Part shown: in pieces, positions 12,769-23,658 of the stretch | Layout of the letters: every line of letters starts with the position of its first letter | How positions within the stretch are numbered: the first letter of the stretch is position 1 | Assembly (NCBI GenBank): GCA_002104905.1 | Contig: MCFE01000053.1 | Location: 124,001 to 188,000 of the forward strand | Source of the DNA: Basidiobolus meristosporus CBS 931.73 | Taxonomy: Eukaryota > Fungi > Basidiobolomycota | Length of the DNA: 64,000 nt | Direction: 5' to 3' | Notes under the pieces: generated by a model | Seen by the model: the letters and a program-made list of their open reading frames with translations, nothing else | The model's database searches: none | Told to the model about the DNA's origin: nothing | Made by a program: the position numbers and the translations under genes

Positions 12769-15475
12769 TTAATTGCCGAAAAAGCGTTTGTATAGACCAC
12801 TGATACCACTGTGGTCATTGGTATCGTATGCAGAACCGCCAGATCCACCACCATTACCGCCAGATCCACCACCGTTACCGCCAGATCCACCGCCATTTCC
12901 ACCAGAGCCGCCACCATTGCCAGGGCCATATCCTCCGGCACCACCACCGTTACCACCGGATCCGCCACCATTACCGCCGGCTCCTCCTCCGTTTCCAGTA
13001 TCATAGCCACCAGCACCTCCTCCGTTTCCACCGGATCCACCGCCATTTCCACCAGATCCTCCACCGTTTCCTGGACCATAACCACCGGCACCTCCTCCAT
13101 TACCTCCAGACCCTCCTCCATTTCCACCGGATCCTCCACCGTTGCCACCAGATCCACCGCCATTTCCAGTGTCATAGGCTCCAGAACCTCCTCCATTGCC
13201 ACCAGCACCACCTCCGTTTCCTGGGCCATATCCTCCGGTTCCACCACCGTTACCGCCGGCACCACCTCCGTTGCCAGTATCGTATCCTCCAGCGCCTCCG
13301 CCGTTACCACCGGATCCACCACCATTGCCACCAGCACCTCCTCCGTTTCCTGGACCATAACCACCGGCACCGCCACCATTGCCGCCTGATCCTCCACCAT
13401 TACCACCAGATCCGCCACCGTTTCCAGTGTCATAGGTTCCAGCCCCTCCTCCGTTTCCGCCGCCATTACCACCAGCTCCTCCTCCATTTCCTGGGCCATA
13501 ACTACCGGCTCCACCCCCATTGCCTCCAGAACCTCCACCGTTTCCGGTATCATACGCACCAGAGCCTCCGCCGTTACCACCGGATCCACCGCCGTTGCCA
13601 CCAGAGCCTCCTCCGTTTCCTGGGCCGTAGCCACCGGCTCCTCCTCCATTACCACCAGACCCTCCTCCATTACCACCAGATCCTCCGCCGTTTCCAGTAT
13701 CGTAGGCTCCACCACCGTTTCCACCGGATCCACCACCGTTGCCACCAGAGCCTCCTCCGTTTCCTGGGCCATAGCCACCGGCACCACCACCATTGCCTCC
13801 GGATCCTCCGCCATTTCCTCCAGATCCTCCGCCGTTTCCAGTATCGTAGGCTCCACCACCGTTTCCACCGGATCCACCACCGTTGCCACCAGAGCCCCCT
13901 CCGTTTCCTGGGCCATAGCCACCAGCACCGCCACCGTTGCCTCCTGAGCCTCCTCCATTGCCTCCAGAACCACCACCGTTTCCGGTATCATATGCACCAG
14001 AGCCTCCGCCGTTACCACCGGATCCACCGCCGTTACCACCAGAGCCTCCTCCGTTTCCTGGACCGTAGCCACCGGCGCCACCTCCATTACCTCCAGATCC
14101 ACCGCCGTTACCACCAGAACCACCGCCGTTTCCGGTATCATATGCACCAGCGCCACCTCCATTACCACCAGCACCACCACCGTTGCCGCCGGCTCCCCCT
14201 CCATTTCCTGGACCGTATCCTCCAGCGCCACCGCCATTTCCACCGGATCCGCCACCGTTGCCTCCGGATCCGCCGCCATTTCCGGTGTCGTAGGAACCAG
14301 CACCACCACCGTGCACCAGCTCCTCCATTTCCTGGGCCGTATCCACCGGCACCGCCACCATTACCACCGGATCCTCCACCGTTTCCTGGTCCGTACCCAC
14401 CGGCACCACCGCCATTGCCTCCTGATCCACCACCATTGCCACCGGATCCACCACCATTGCCACCGGATCCACCACCGTTTCCGGTATCGTAGGCACCAGC
14501 ACCAGCACCACCACCGTTTCCGCCGGATCCTCCTCCATTTCCTGGGCCGTATCCGCCAGCGCCGCCACCATTGCCTCCTGATCCACCACCGTTACCACCG
14601 GATCCTCCACCATTTCCAGTGTCGTAGGCACCAGCACCACCACCGTTTCCGCCGGATCCACCGCCGTTGCCACCAGAGCCTCCTCCATTTCCTGGGCCGT
14701 ATCCGCCAGCGCCGCCACCATTGCCACCTGATCCACCACCGTTTCCAGTGTCGTAGGCACCAGCACCGCCACCGTTTCCGCCGGATCCACCACCGTTGCC
14801 ACCAGAGCCTCCTCCGTTTCCTGGGCCGTAGCCACCGGCACCGCCGCCATTGCCACCTGATCCGCCACCATTGCCACCGGCTCCACCACCGTTTCCAGTG
14901 TCGTAGGCACCAGCACCGCCACCGTTTCCGCCGGATCCACCACCGTTGCCACCAGAGCCTCCTCCGTTTCCTGGGCCGTAGCCACCGGCACCGCCGCCAT
15001 TGCCACCTGATCCACCACCATTGCCACCGGCTCCACCACCGTTTCCAGTGTCGTAGGCACCAGCACCGCCACCGTTTCCGCCGGACCCACCGCCGTTGCC
15101 ACCAGAGCCTCCTCCGTTTCCTGGGCCATAACCACCGGCACCACCTCCATTTCCTCCAGATCCACCACCGTTGCCACCGGCACCGCCACCATTTCCTCCG
15201 GATCCACCTCCGTTACCAGTGTCATAACCACCAGCACCACCTCCATTACCGCCGGATCCACCTCCATTTCCACCAGAACCTCCGCCATTTCCTGGGCCAT
15301 ATCCTCCAGCACCTCCTCCGTTCCCTCCGGACCCGCCTCCGTTACCTGCACCCGAGAGATCGCTGGTATCATAGGCACCAACACCGCTTCCAGCACCATG
15401 ACCGGACCCAGCTCCCGCACTTGCTGAGGTAGCAGCGGAAATTAAAAAGATGAGGGCAGGGGCAGAGAATTTCAT
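12769..15475 (-). CDS. Secreted glycine-rich repetitive protein (~900 aa) with a 2-nt frameshift at ~14311-14317
   Basis: Signal peptide MKFSAPALIFLISAATSASA followed by GGG[S/A]GGN / GGYGPGN / GAYDTGN repeats. The ORF track splits it into two frames. The span of 2707 nt plus 2 gives 903 codons. Confidence 0.85.
12830..15350. repeat. Hierarchical coding tandem repeat (21-nt heptad codons, 75-nt and 150-nt units)
   Basis: Near-perfect 150-nt periodicity at 14761/14911/15061. Units further toward the 3' end of the gene are synonymously diverged. Confidence 0.9.
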
Positions 15476-16362
15476 AGTACTGAAAACGCTTAAATATCTA
15501 AAGACTCGAAGGTCTGATACATCCAACTGGGAAGATGGCCGAGCTTATATACCTCGAAGGCAATCTTGCCAAATTATGCCAATGAATCCTAATTGAGGTT
15601 CCAATTGAAAAATCGCTGAATTTTGGAATAGCGCCCTTAAACTTTGGAATTGTTCCCCTTGACCCCTTAATGTATTTGTTTCGGGATACAATATCAGTGT
15701 TTACTGATCTGTTCTCAAAGCCTTAGTATTGAGCTAAAATAATCATGCACTCATGTGTTCCTTACATTATATTGAAACATTTCTATCCCTTAAACCGAGG
15801 GAAATCATCAAATAGTACGAAGCGAGCAATGTATTGCGAATGCGTTGACATTGATGGAAGATTATTCAGTGTATGGGAGATTGATTTATGGATCTGTAAA
15901 GCACATTATTCCCTCAAGTATGATCCTACATTCCAAAATAGGGAAATGATTCCATTGGGTTCATGACATTATGATAGAGCATGTGTTGGCACTCAAGACA
16001 TACATCGGCCCACCTGCATAATGGTGCCTTGACTTTAGTGCACCCTTTTACACACTCTAGTTGTATTTCGACCATCTTCTATCTGGATTCCCTAAAAGTT
16101 AGTCCACATTCGTATCGTAAATATTCCGAATGTAGGAAATTAAATCGGTCATCGAGGATGGTCTATTGCCATAGCCTTTAGCAAACAGCAGCTGGGAATT
16201 TGGACATTGCGTTACTGCAAGTTCAGTGCACCAAGAATTCCCCGGTCGCTATATATCGGCCTTATGCCCACTTCTCCTCAAGTCAAACAACCTCGCTTAC
16301 CACGAGTACTTCAGCCAATACCCCAAGTCTCAAAACCCACAACTCCTGATAAACCGGGCAAC

Positions 16363-17061
16363 ATGCATTTCACTCGTGTCTTCTTGTGCGCTACATTCTC
16401 TGCTCTGTTCTACTACGCAGAGGCCAGCCCGTCAATCACCTCCCCTCTGGGAAGCAATTGGCAAGCAGGAACAACGCAGACAATCACCTGGATTGACAAC
16501 GGGGACAAGGAAGGGATGCCCGAGTACTTTGACCTCTACCTGATGGCTGGCAAGATGACAGCTCTCCAGCAGGTGGGTGTGATTGCCACCAACATCACCA
16601 CCAAGCCAGGTCAGTACAAATGGGACATCCCGAAGGAAACACCATCAGGAAAGGACTATGCCATTCGTATTGGTGCGCCACCGAGTGTCTCATACAGTCC
16701 ATATTTCGAGATCTCCGGAGGTGCCGGCTCAAGACCCGAAAGTGGCCAAACTACTGGCTACTATGGTACGAGCACACCAAACTCGGACACTTCAGCGGGA
16801 TATAACCCTGACAAACAGTCACCCGCGTCACCCAGCCCCGGCCCGAACGGAAAATCAAGCGAGTCACAGCGCAAGAGTATGGGAAGCAGTGTGGACGCAT
16901 CGACACTCACCATCCTCACCATTGGAGCTTTGGCGATTGGATCAACAGTCTCACATTGTAGAGAATCGATGACAGGCGTAGTAGGATCGAATGACGATTC
17001 AATTAGAACGGAAAATGATGTTAGAGAAACCGCGAACCCATTATTTATTGGTCAGATGTAG
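16363..17061 (+). CDS. Kre9/Knh1-like N-terminal domain, Ser/Thr-rich surface protein 1a (C-terminus frameshifted relative to 1b)
   Basis: Signal peptide, then SITSPLGSNWQAGTTQTITW...FDLYLM...NITTKPGQYKWDIP...GKDYAIRIG...YSPYFEI. A 1-nt deletion at ~16941 replaces the hydrophobic end INSLTL* with a polar extension. Confidence 0.85.
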   Translation: MHFTRVFLCATFSALFYYAEASPSITSPLGSNWQAGTTQTITWIDNGDKEGMPEYFDLYLMAGKMTALQQVGVIATNITTKPGQYKWDIPKETPSGKDYAIRIGAPPSVSYSPYFEISGGAGSRPESGQTTGYYGTSTPNSDTSAGYNPDKQSPASPSPGPNGKSSESQRKSMGSSVDASTLTILTIGALAIGSTVSHCRESMTGVVGSNDDSIRTENDVRETANPLFIGQM

Positions 17062-17440
17062 AAAATCTATATTTAATATATGAATAAAAGCAAAATTCTT
17101 ACCTATCTTTTCTTTCATACAAAATCATTTTGCTGGTAATATGAAGAAATCAAGAATCAACGTTCCTATTGTCCCCTGAGTCCCGTATTTTTATTACACC
17201 ACTCATGTATCTTTTCATTATTGGAGGTTTATAAGTGAACCAGGCGGATGAAATCATCACGGATTAGTAACTTCAAATACGATTATTCGCGAAGTAATTC
17301 GTGCATGTTGAGTTTACTGGAATTGGGGTTTATTATGAAAATTAAAGAACAATTAATAAATACAAATTTCCCATTCTCTAGCACCATTGTCTAATCTAAT
17401 GGAATCGTCATTCGATCCTGCTACGCCTGTCATTGATTCT

Positions 17441-18040
17441 CTACAATGTGAGACTGTTGATTCCAATCGCCAAAGCTCCAATGGTGAGGATGGTGAGTGT
17501 CGATGCGTCCACACTGCTTCCCATACTCTTGCGCTGTGACTCGCTTGATTTTCCGTTCGGGCCGGGGCTGGGTGACGCGGGTGACTGTTTGTCAGGGTTA
17601 TATCCCGCTGAAGTGTCCGAGTTTGGTGTGCTCGTACCATAGTAGCCAGTAGTTTGGCCACTTTCGGGTCTTGAGCCGGCACCTCCGGAGATCTCGAAAT
17701 ATGGACTGTATGAGACACTCGGTGGCGCACCAATACGAATGGCATAGTCCTTTCCTGATGGTGTTTCCTTCGGGATGTCCCATTTGTACTGACCTGGCTT
17801 GGTGGTGATGTTGGTGGCAATCACACCCACCTGCTGAAGAGCTGTCATCTTGCCAGCCATCAGGTAGAGGTCAAAGTACTCGGGCATCCCTTCCTTGTCC
17901 CCGTTGTCAATCCAGGTGATTGTCTGCGTTGTTCCTGCTTGCCAATTGCTTCCCAGAGGGGAGGTGATTGACGGGCTGGCCTCTGCGTAGTAGAACAGAG
18001 CAGAGAATGTAGCGCACAAGAAGACACGAGTGAAATGCAT
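17441..18040 (-). CDS. Kre9/Knh1-like Ser/Thr-rich, probably GPI-anchored protein 1b (199 aa)
   Basis: Inverted near-identical copy of 1a. Ends in SMGSSVDASTLTILTIGALAIGINSLTL*, a GPI-signal-like hydrophobic tail. Confidence 0.88.
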   Translation of the reverse strand: MHFTRVFLCATFSALFYYAEASPSITSPLGSNWQAGTTQTITWIDNGDKEGMPEYFDLYLMAGKMTALQQVGVIATNITTKPGQYKWDIPKETPSGKDYAIRIGAPPSVSYSPYFEISGGAGSRPESGQTTGYYGTSTPNSDTSAGYNPDKQSPASPSPGPNGKSSESQRKSMGSSVDASTLTILTIGALAIGINSLTL

Positions 18041-18561
18041 GTTGCCCGGTTTATCAGGAGTTGTAGGTTTTGAGACTTGGGGTATCGGCTGAAGTACTCG
18101 TGGTAAGCGAGGTTGTTTGACTTGAGGAGAAGTGGGCACAAGGCCGATATATAGCGACCGGGGAATTCTTGGTGCACTGAACTTGCAGTAACATACACTC
18201 AAACTCCTTCTCAACGTCATCTGCTGCATACCAAGTGGGTAGATGTATTAATATAAAAGTGGAAATTTTGAACTCCACATGCACTCCTCGCCCACCCACC
18301 CCCGCACTCTTGGACATTGCAGCGGAAACTAAAGCTGGGATAACCATTTTTCCCTACTGACGGTAGCTGGGTATAAGTAACTCTACTATCCTTGAATCGT
18401 TTTTGAGTAATTTCATGAATGCTGGATGGAATTTAACAAACAGTTCGAACTCCCTGGAATCAATAGAGTATTGTATATAGAAATTGTTTATTTCTTAATA
18501 ACAACCTAACTACACATAAATAAGATCTTCTGCCCAATAATTATTTTCTAAATGATAAGAA

Positions 18562-19137
18562 TTACATGTTCTTGAAATAGAAAGCAAACATACTGGACAC
18601 CAGTAAATGAGATAGATTGTGTCTGGTAATAATACCCTCTGATGGTTTGGCATGGGCGCTTGAAATAATACTAGAATTAGGTTTCTGTTCCTCCGCTTTA
18701 GTTCCATTACTCTGGGGCTTTGTATCAGTACCGGAGCTACCATTTCCGGATACGTTGCTATCGGGTCTTGAGCCAGCACCTCCGGAGATCTCGAAATATG
18801 GACTGTATGAGACACTCGGTGGCGCACCAATACGAATGGCATAGTCCTTTCCTGATGGTGTTTCCTTCGGGATGTCCCATTTGTACTGACCTGGCTTGGT
18901 GGTGATGTTGGTGGCAATCACACCCACCTGCTGAAGAGCTGTCATCTTGCCAGCCATCAGGTAGAGGTCAAAGTACTCGGGCATCCCTTCCTTGTCCCCG
19001 TTGTCAATCCAGGTGATTGTCTGCGTTGTTCCTGCTTGCCAATTACTTCCCAGAGGGGAGGTGATTGATGGGCTGGCCTCTGCGTAGTAGAACAGAGCAG
19101 AGAATGTAGCGCACAAGAAGACACGGGTGAAATGCAT
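18562..19137 (-). CDS. Kre9/Knh1-like surface protein 1c (191 aa): same N-domain as 1a/1b, different stalk and tail
   Basis: Nearly identical to 1b from the ATG to ...SGGAGSRP (~18761), then unrelated DSNVSGNGSSG...HLLVSSMFAFYFKNM*. The upstream sequence is also unrelated. Confidence 0.88.
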   Translation of the reverse strand: MHFTRVFLCATFSALFYYAEASPSITSPLGSNWQAGTTQTITWIDNGDKEGMPEYFDLYLMAGKMTALQQVGVIATNITTKPGQYKWDIPKETPSGKDYAIRIGAPPSVSYSPYFEISGGAGSRPDSNVSGNGSSGTDTKPQSNGTKAEEQKPNSSIISSAHAKPSEGIITRHNLSHLLVSSMFAFYFKNM

Positions 19138-20636
19138 ACTGATCAAGTTAGAAACTACAGATATTGAATTCTAGATAAATATGATTGGTGCTCAATAGAC
19201 TCTTTCTAAGTATCCTTTATGTTGATTCGGTAACAGAGGGATAAAGTGCTTGTATGAAAGTCAGTGGCTTGATTCGGAAGGATGGATAAGGGCCCCATAT
19301 ATAGTGATCGGGAAATTACAGATGCACCAAATCTGCAGTAATGCAATCAACTCTCATCGAATGCAAGATGTCAGTTAAAATCCCCACAGTTATGCGGAAG
19401 GATTGCTTTGGACTTTCTCCGAGGTCCACTCTTATGCAATGGAGGTTTTGTTCCCCAGCCCTCTCAAAACGCTGTGTATCGTAACATCTAATCTTGAAGA
19501 CTGTGGTGTGATTCGAGTAGGAATTCATGAACAGGGCATACTAAAGAACACGGTTGCTTCAAAGATCATACAGATACATATAAACGTGTACACCTAGCGG
19601 ACCTCCGCAGCCATGATCTTCGCTATAATATCAATCATGAACATGTTTGTGTTTGTGCCACATCCATCAATGTTACTCGACCGGCCTAGTTAGGAATATC
19701 ATGATACAATTCACTAAAGCGCATATATAGCAGACTCGATGACAGCTGACCTATATGCAGTAATCCATCCCCAAACCACCTCACATTCATATATCTCGTA
19801 CTGAGAGTGACTACCAGAGTGACTATGGCTAAAAGGGAGCTTTTTTATCTGAAACCAAAATATGGGATTTCCAATGAAGAGCCACGAAGCCAGGGTGTAT
19901 AGTCAACTCGGGTCACCTTTACGTAGACAACAATACAATTAAACTCTAAACTCCATTAAGACGGGACCTAGACTCACAACCAGCCATCAGAGAATTCGAC
20001 CAGATCAAGTGGAACCATGCGATCTGATGTTTTTAGCAATAACTTTTTATGGCCTTCGTTAGCGATAGCACTAAAGCCAGTCTTGGCATACCTTAATGCC
20101 TTGACCACTCAGCCGCCAACGCTTGGCTCGTAATGTTCCCAATTATAGACCATTCTTTGTGTATGCAACATGGATGTGCTTTAACCTTGTCAACATGACA
20201 CATCACAACTTCACCAGTTCTGTGTGCTTAATCCAAATGGAGTTAAGTGTACTGTACTTCATTGGCGCCTCGGATCTGAGACACAGACATTAGTAAGCTT
20301 GAGATTTTTTTATATTGATTTTATTTCGGTTGGATTATTTGGTCATAGTACACGATTGTAGCTGCATATTGGTAATCTACAATATCGATTGGAACTATCA
20401 TTTTGTTGGCCCATTCTAGCCAATATATAGGGTTGGTACTGTAATATTGGGGAAATTTCTGTATTCTACATAAACCCTATGCATGGTGCGCACTTGAGAT
20501 TCCCAAACCTCCATAAATTTATACAATTTCCTGATTTCTCTTTCCGTCTGTTCTGTATTATACTTGTACTTGACCAAAGTGTGCGCTACTTCCTCTCCAT
20601 ATCCACGAGAACCCATAGGTGCATATTATCATTCTC

Positions 20637-22994
20637 ATGTTGACTTCTCAAGAAGCCAGCTTTTCTAGCGAGGCCAATGCGAATAAGAAATCTAGGACAA
20701 GCCGCGCTTGCGATCTCTGCAGACGAAAAAAAGTAAAGTGCGATGGTCTAAAGCCAACCTGCTCTAATTGCAGCTCTCTCGGCCATGATTGTACCTATCT
20801 CGACAAGCCTAAAAAACGGGGTCCACAAAGTTCCCAACCAAAGGCCCTGGAAGCACGACTTAAACACCTAGAGAGTTTGCTCACTTCGCTTGTCGACAAC
20901 GGTGGCGCCATGACCAACCAAATCGCCAATGAATTACGCTCAATTAACGAACACGGCGATTCATCCCCCAACATAGAGTCACCCGAACAAGAAGAATCGG
21001 AGGTAACTATCCTTGCAGAGAAGCCTGGCCGATCCGATGCTAAAACCTTTATTTAGGAGGAACTGAGCGAAGACGAGGATCACAGCGCGGATGAGGATGC
21101 CGCGTTGGATGTTGGTGATAAGCCATGCCCTCAAGATGTATCATATCGGTATGCCGGGAGCAGCTCTGGCATGTACTTACTAAACGACAATATCAAAAGA
21201 AGCCAATCTGTACACGATATTCGGAAACTTCTGCCGGAAGCATACAATGATATTCCGGATCTTCCGGAGTCATTTCCCCCACCGGAGCTCGGTGAAAAAT
21301 TGTTGAAGATATATTTTTGTCGATTTCACCCGTATATGCCAGTGTTCCACGCGAACGGATTTATGAACAAATATCGAGAAGGAAAGGTTCCCCCTATTGT
21401 TCTCAACGCCGTCTACGGGCTCGCATGTATCCACTCTGGAGATCACAATATCTTCCCAGATGTCGAGTCATACACCAAATATGCTCAGATGTTCTTTCTT
21501 CGCACCAAAGCATACCTTGATCAAGAATACCATTCATCATCCATTCCGGTGATTCAAGCACTCTTTCTGATGACATTCAGCCCTACGTCGGGATGGCTCT
21601 TCCTTGGGATGGCTATTCGTATGGCTCAAGATCTAGGCCTGCATAGAAATATCGAGTCCCAAAGCATGGACCCCATCGAAAGGGAAGACCGCAGATTGTT
21701 GTGGTGGTGCTGCGTTGTTATGGACCGTTTTCAGAGTTCGGCTCTCGGCAAGCCGATGTCCATCAGTGAGACAGACTTTGACACAAAACTGCCATTGGAA
21801 ATAGCAAGCTCGCAGCCCATATTTACCAACTTACCGAACTCCGTCGTTTCCTTACGGTATTTCACTCATCTGATCCGCCTGACTAGTATCATTGGCCGGA
21901 TAATGAAGGAGGTATACGGGGTTGATTCTCCCCCGAACGCTACCGGAAAGATCCTTTGGACACTAAATACAGAGATTCGAGACTGGGAGGCAACATTGCC
22001 TGCGGAGTTCAAGTATGATTACACACGGCCACTGAAGAACAACGTACACTCCATCATGCTCAATACTTTCTGCCAATTCGCCGTCATCTTGCTGAACCGT
22101 CCATTCATCCCACGAGCAAACAAGTACAAGAAGTCCACAGCAATCAGCCCTGCGCTAAAGGTCTGCTCAAGAGCTGCCAGCATCATGACATTCATAAGTT
22201 ACCACACTCCCAATGGATATAGATTACACGGGGTTATTTTCAAGACATTGTTTACATTTTCATCTTCAATGATCCATCTTATCAGCTCACTGTCAAACGC
22301 ACCCGACATCGCACAAACCGGAAGAATCAATTTGTCGTTTAATTTACGCTTATTGCAAGAGTATCAGGAGATCTCATCGGGCTCGGCGCGTTGCCTCAAC
22401 TTCATGAGAGAGATCGTTCAGGATCGGAAGGTGCATAAAGTGAACGAGCTTCCGCCAGAGCCGCCCTTGCCTCCACCAGTCCCGATCTCACCTGACCTCA
22501 ATAACAAAACCCCAAAACGAAGTGATTCGGGGGCTCTTCTAATCATCCCAGAAAGACATTTTGGCTCTCCGGTAAATCGGAACTCGGGGTCACTTTCGCC
22601 GACCAGTATAACAACGCTCAATTCGGTCAAGATGGAATCACCATCGGAGCCGTCTCAAACCACCACCCCTACTGTTACCACGTACCCAAACCTGAACCAA
22701 ATCAATATCGCGGACCCGATATTCCAGTATCCTAATATCTCCCAAACCATGCAAGGCCCAAGGAATCTGTTCTCACCAGAGGCCTACTCCAGCCCGGGTA
22801 ATTACATGAATTCCCAGCGTGAGGCAAGTGTGAATTCATCCATGTCCTTGTCCGAGATCTATCAGCAGGATTGTGCACCCGGCCCCTTCATCGGGAATCC
22901 GCAGTTCTACAACAACCACCAAATGGACATCAATATGCAGGAGTGGAATAATTATATTGACCAGTTTTCGAATTTCGCCTCCCCGTCCATGTAA
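20637..22994 (+). CDS. Zn(II)2Cys6 transcription factor with fungal-specific TF middle domain, 2 exons
   Basis: RACDLCRRKKVKCDGLKPTCSNCSSLGHDCTY..KKRGP zinc cluster. YFCRFHPYMPVFH, LGMAIRMAQDLGLHR and RRLLWWCCVVMDR motifs. One intron at ~21003-21056. Confidence 0.93.
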
Positions 22995-23658
22995 TTTTAT
23001 CATCCCTTTATGCACCCCGCATCCTCAGCCGACCCCTAGAACGTGCTGCTTTGTTACCGCACCACGACTGTAATTGTTTTACCGAAGCACTCTATGACCG
23101 TTAGCTTCTAGGGATGTCTGCTTCGCCCCGACCCCGTAAGCAGACGGATACATCCACATTCAGGCCCCTTTGGGCCCGGTCACTGGAATGGAAAGAAGAA
23201 TAAATTTTTCATTTGATTGTAAAGATGACGATGTTGTGGAACTGATTTTGTTACGGTCTGTTACGGCATGCAAGTCTTTTTCCTACATTTCCTCATCAAT
23301 CAATTCTTCTCACATCAGATGTGATGCGTCAGGCGCATAGATGTGGAGGTCACGCAATCCCTCCTTTGACAGTCCTGACTCGCGCGAAACCTCGATACGA
23401 TCAGGATGAGGGTGAGGGTGAGGGTGAGGAAAGAGGAACACAAGTGAGTTCGACAAAAATAGGACTTTCGGCGTACGATGCCATTACAGGTCAACACTAG
23501 CAGCTTTTCAACAAATTGGGATGGTCTACACTCCGATCTATCAACGTGGATCAGATGGCTGGAAATAGGTAGGCTGGTGAGCCAATTGTGCCAAATCCCA
23601 TTCCCCTGAAATGGAAACTGGTTTGACTATTTCCGGAGGGATGCACCGATACTAAATA

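Larger units (their letters stand above)
16211..18192. repeat. Long inverted repeat IR1 (arms ~16211-17030 and ~17375-18192)
   Basis: 16211 GTTACTGCAAGTTCAGTGCACC is the reverse complement of sequence ending at 18192. The arms include ~150 bp of promoter, the ORF and part of the 3' flank, with scattered substitutions. AT-rich spacer of about 350-390 bp. Confidence 0.93.

Noticed and set aside
12714-15432. Long His/Arg-rich plus-strand ORFs and Val/Met/Glu-rich minus-strand ORFs over the glycine repeat
   Set aside because: These are alternative frames of GGN-codon repeats, which contain few stops. Only the Gly frame has a signal peptide and synonymous third-position variation.
16211-18192. 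Inverted repeats as fold-back or chimeric read artefacts
   Set aside because: The arms differ by substitutions, and in IR2 by indels and whole diverged segments. The spacers are unique sequence. A fold-back artefact would give a mirror copy differing only by random error.
18054-18347. 97-aa ORF and the apparent N-terminal extensions of Kre9-like 1a/1b in the ORF track
   Set aside because: They run through the duplicated promoter (TATATA at ~16251). The signal peptide starts at the MHFTRV methionine.
19290-19600. Faint resemblance to a PPPDE/DeSI peptidase (YLYDL...HTTV...VDLGES)
   Set aside because: Only scattered short matches with wrong spacing and in-frame stops. An HMM search would be needed.
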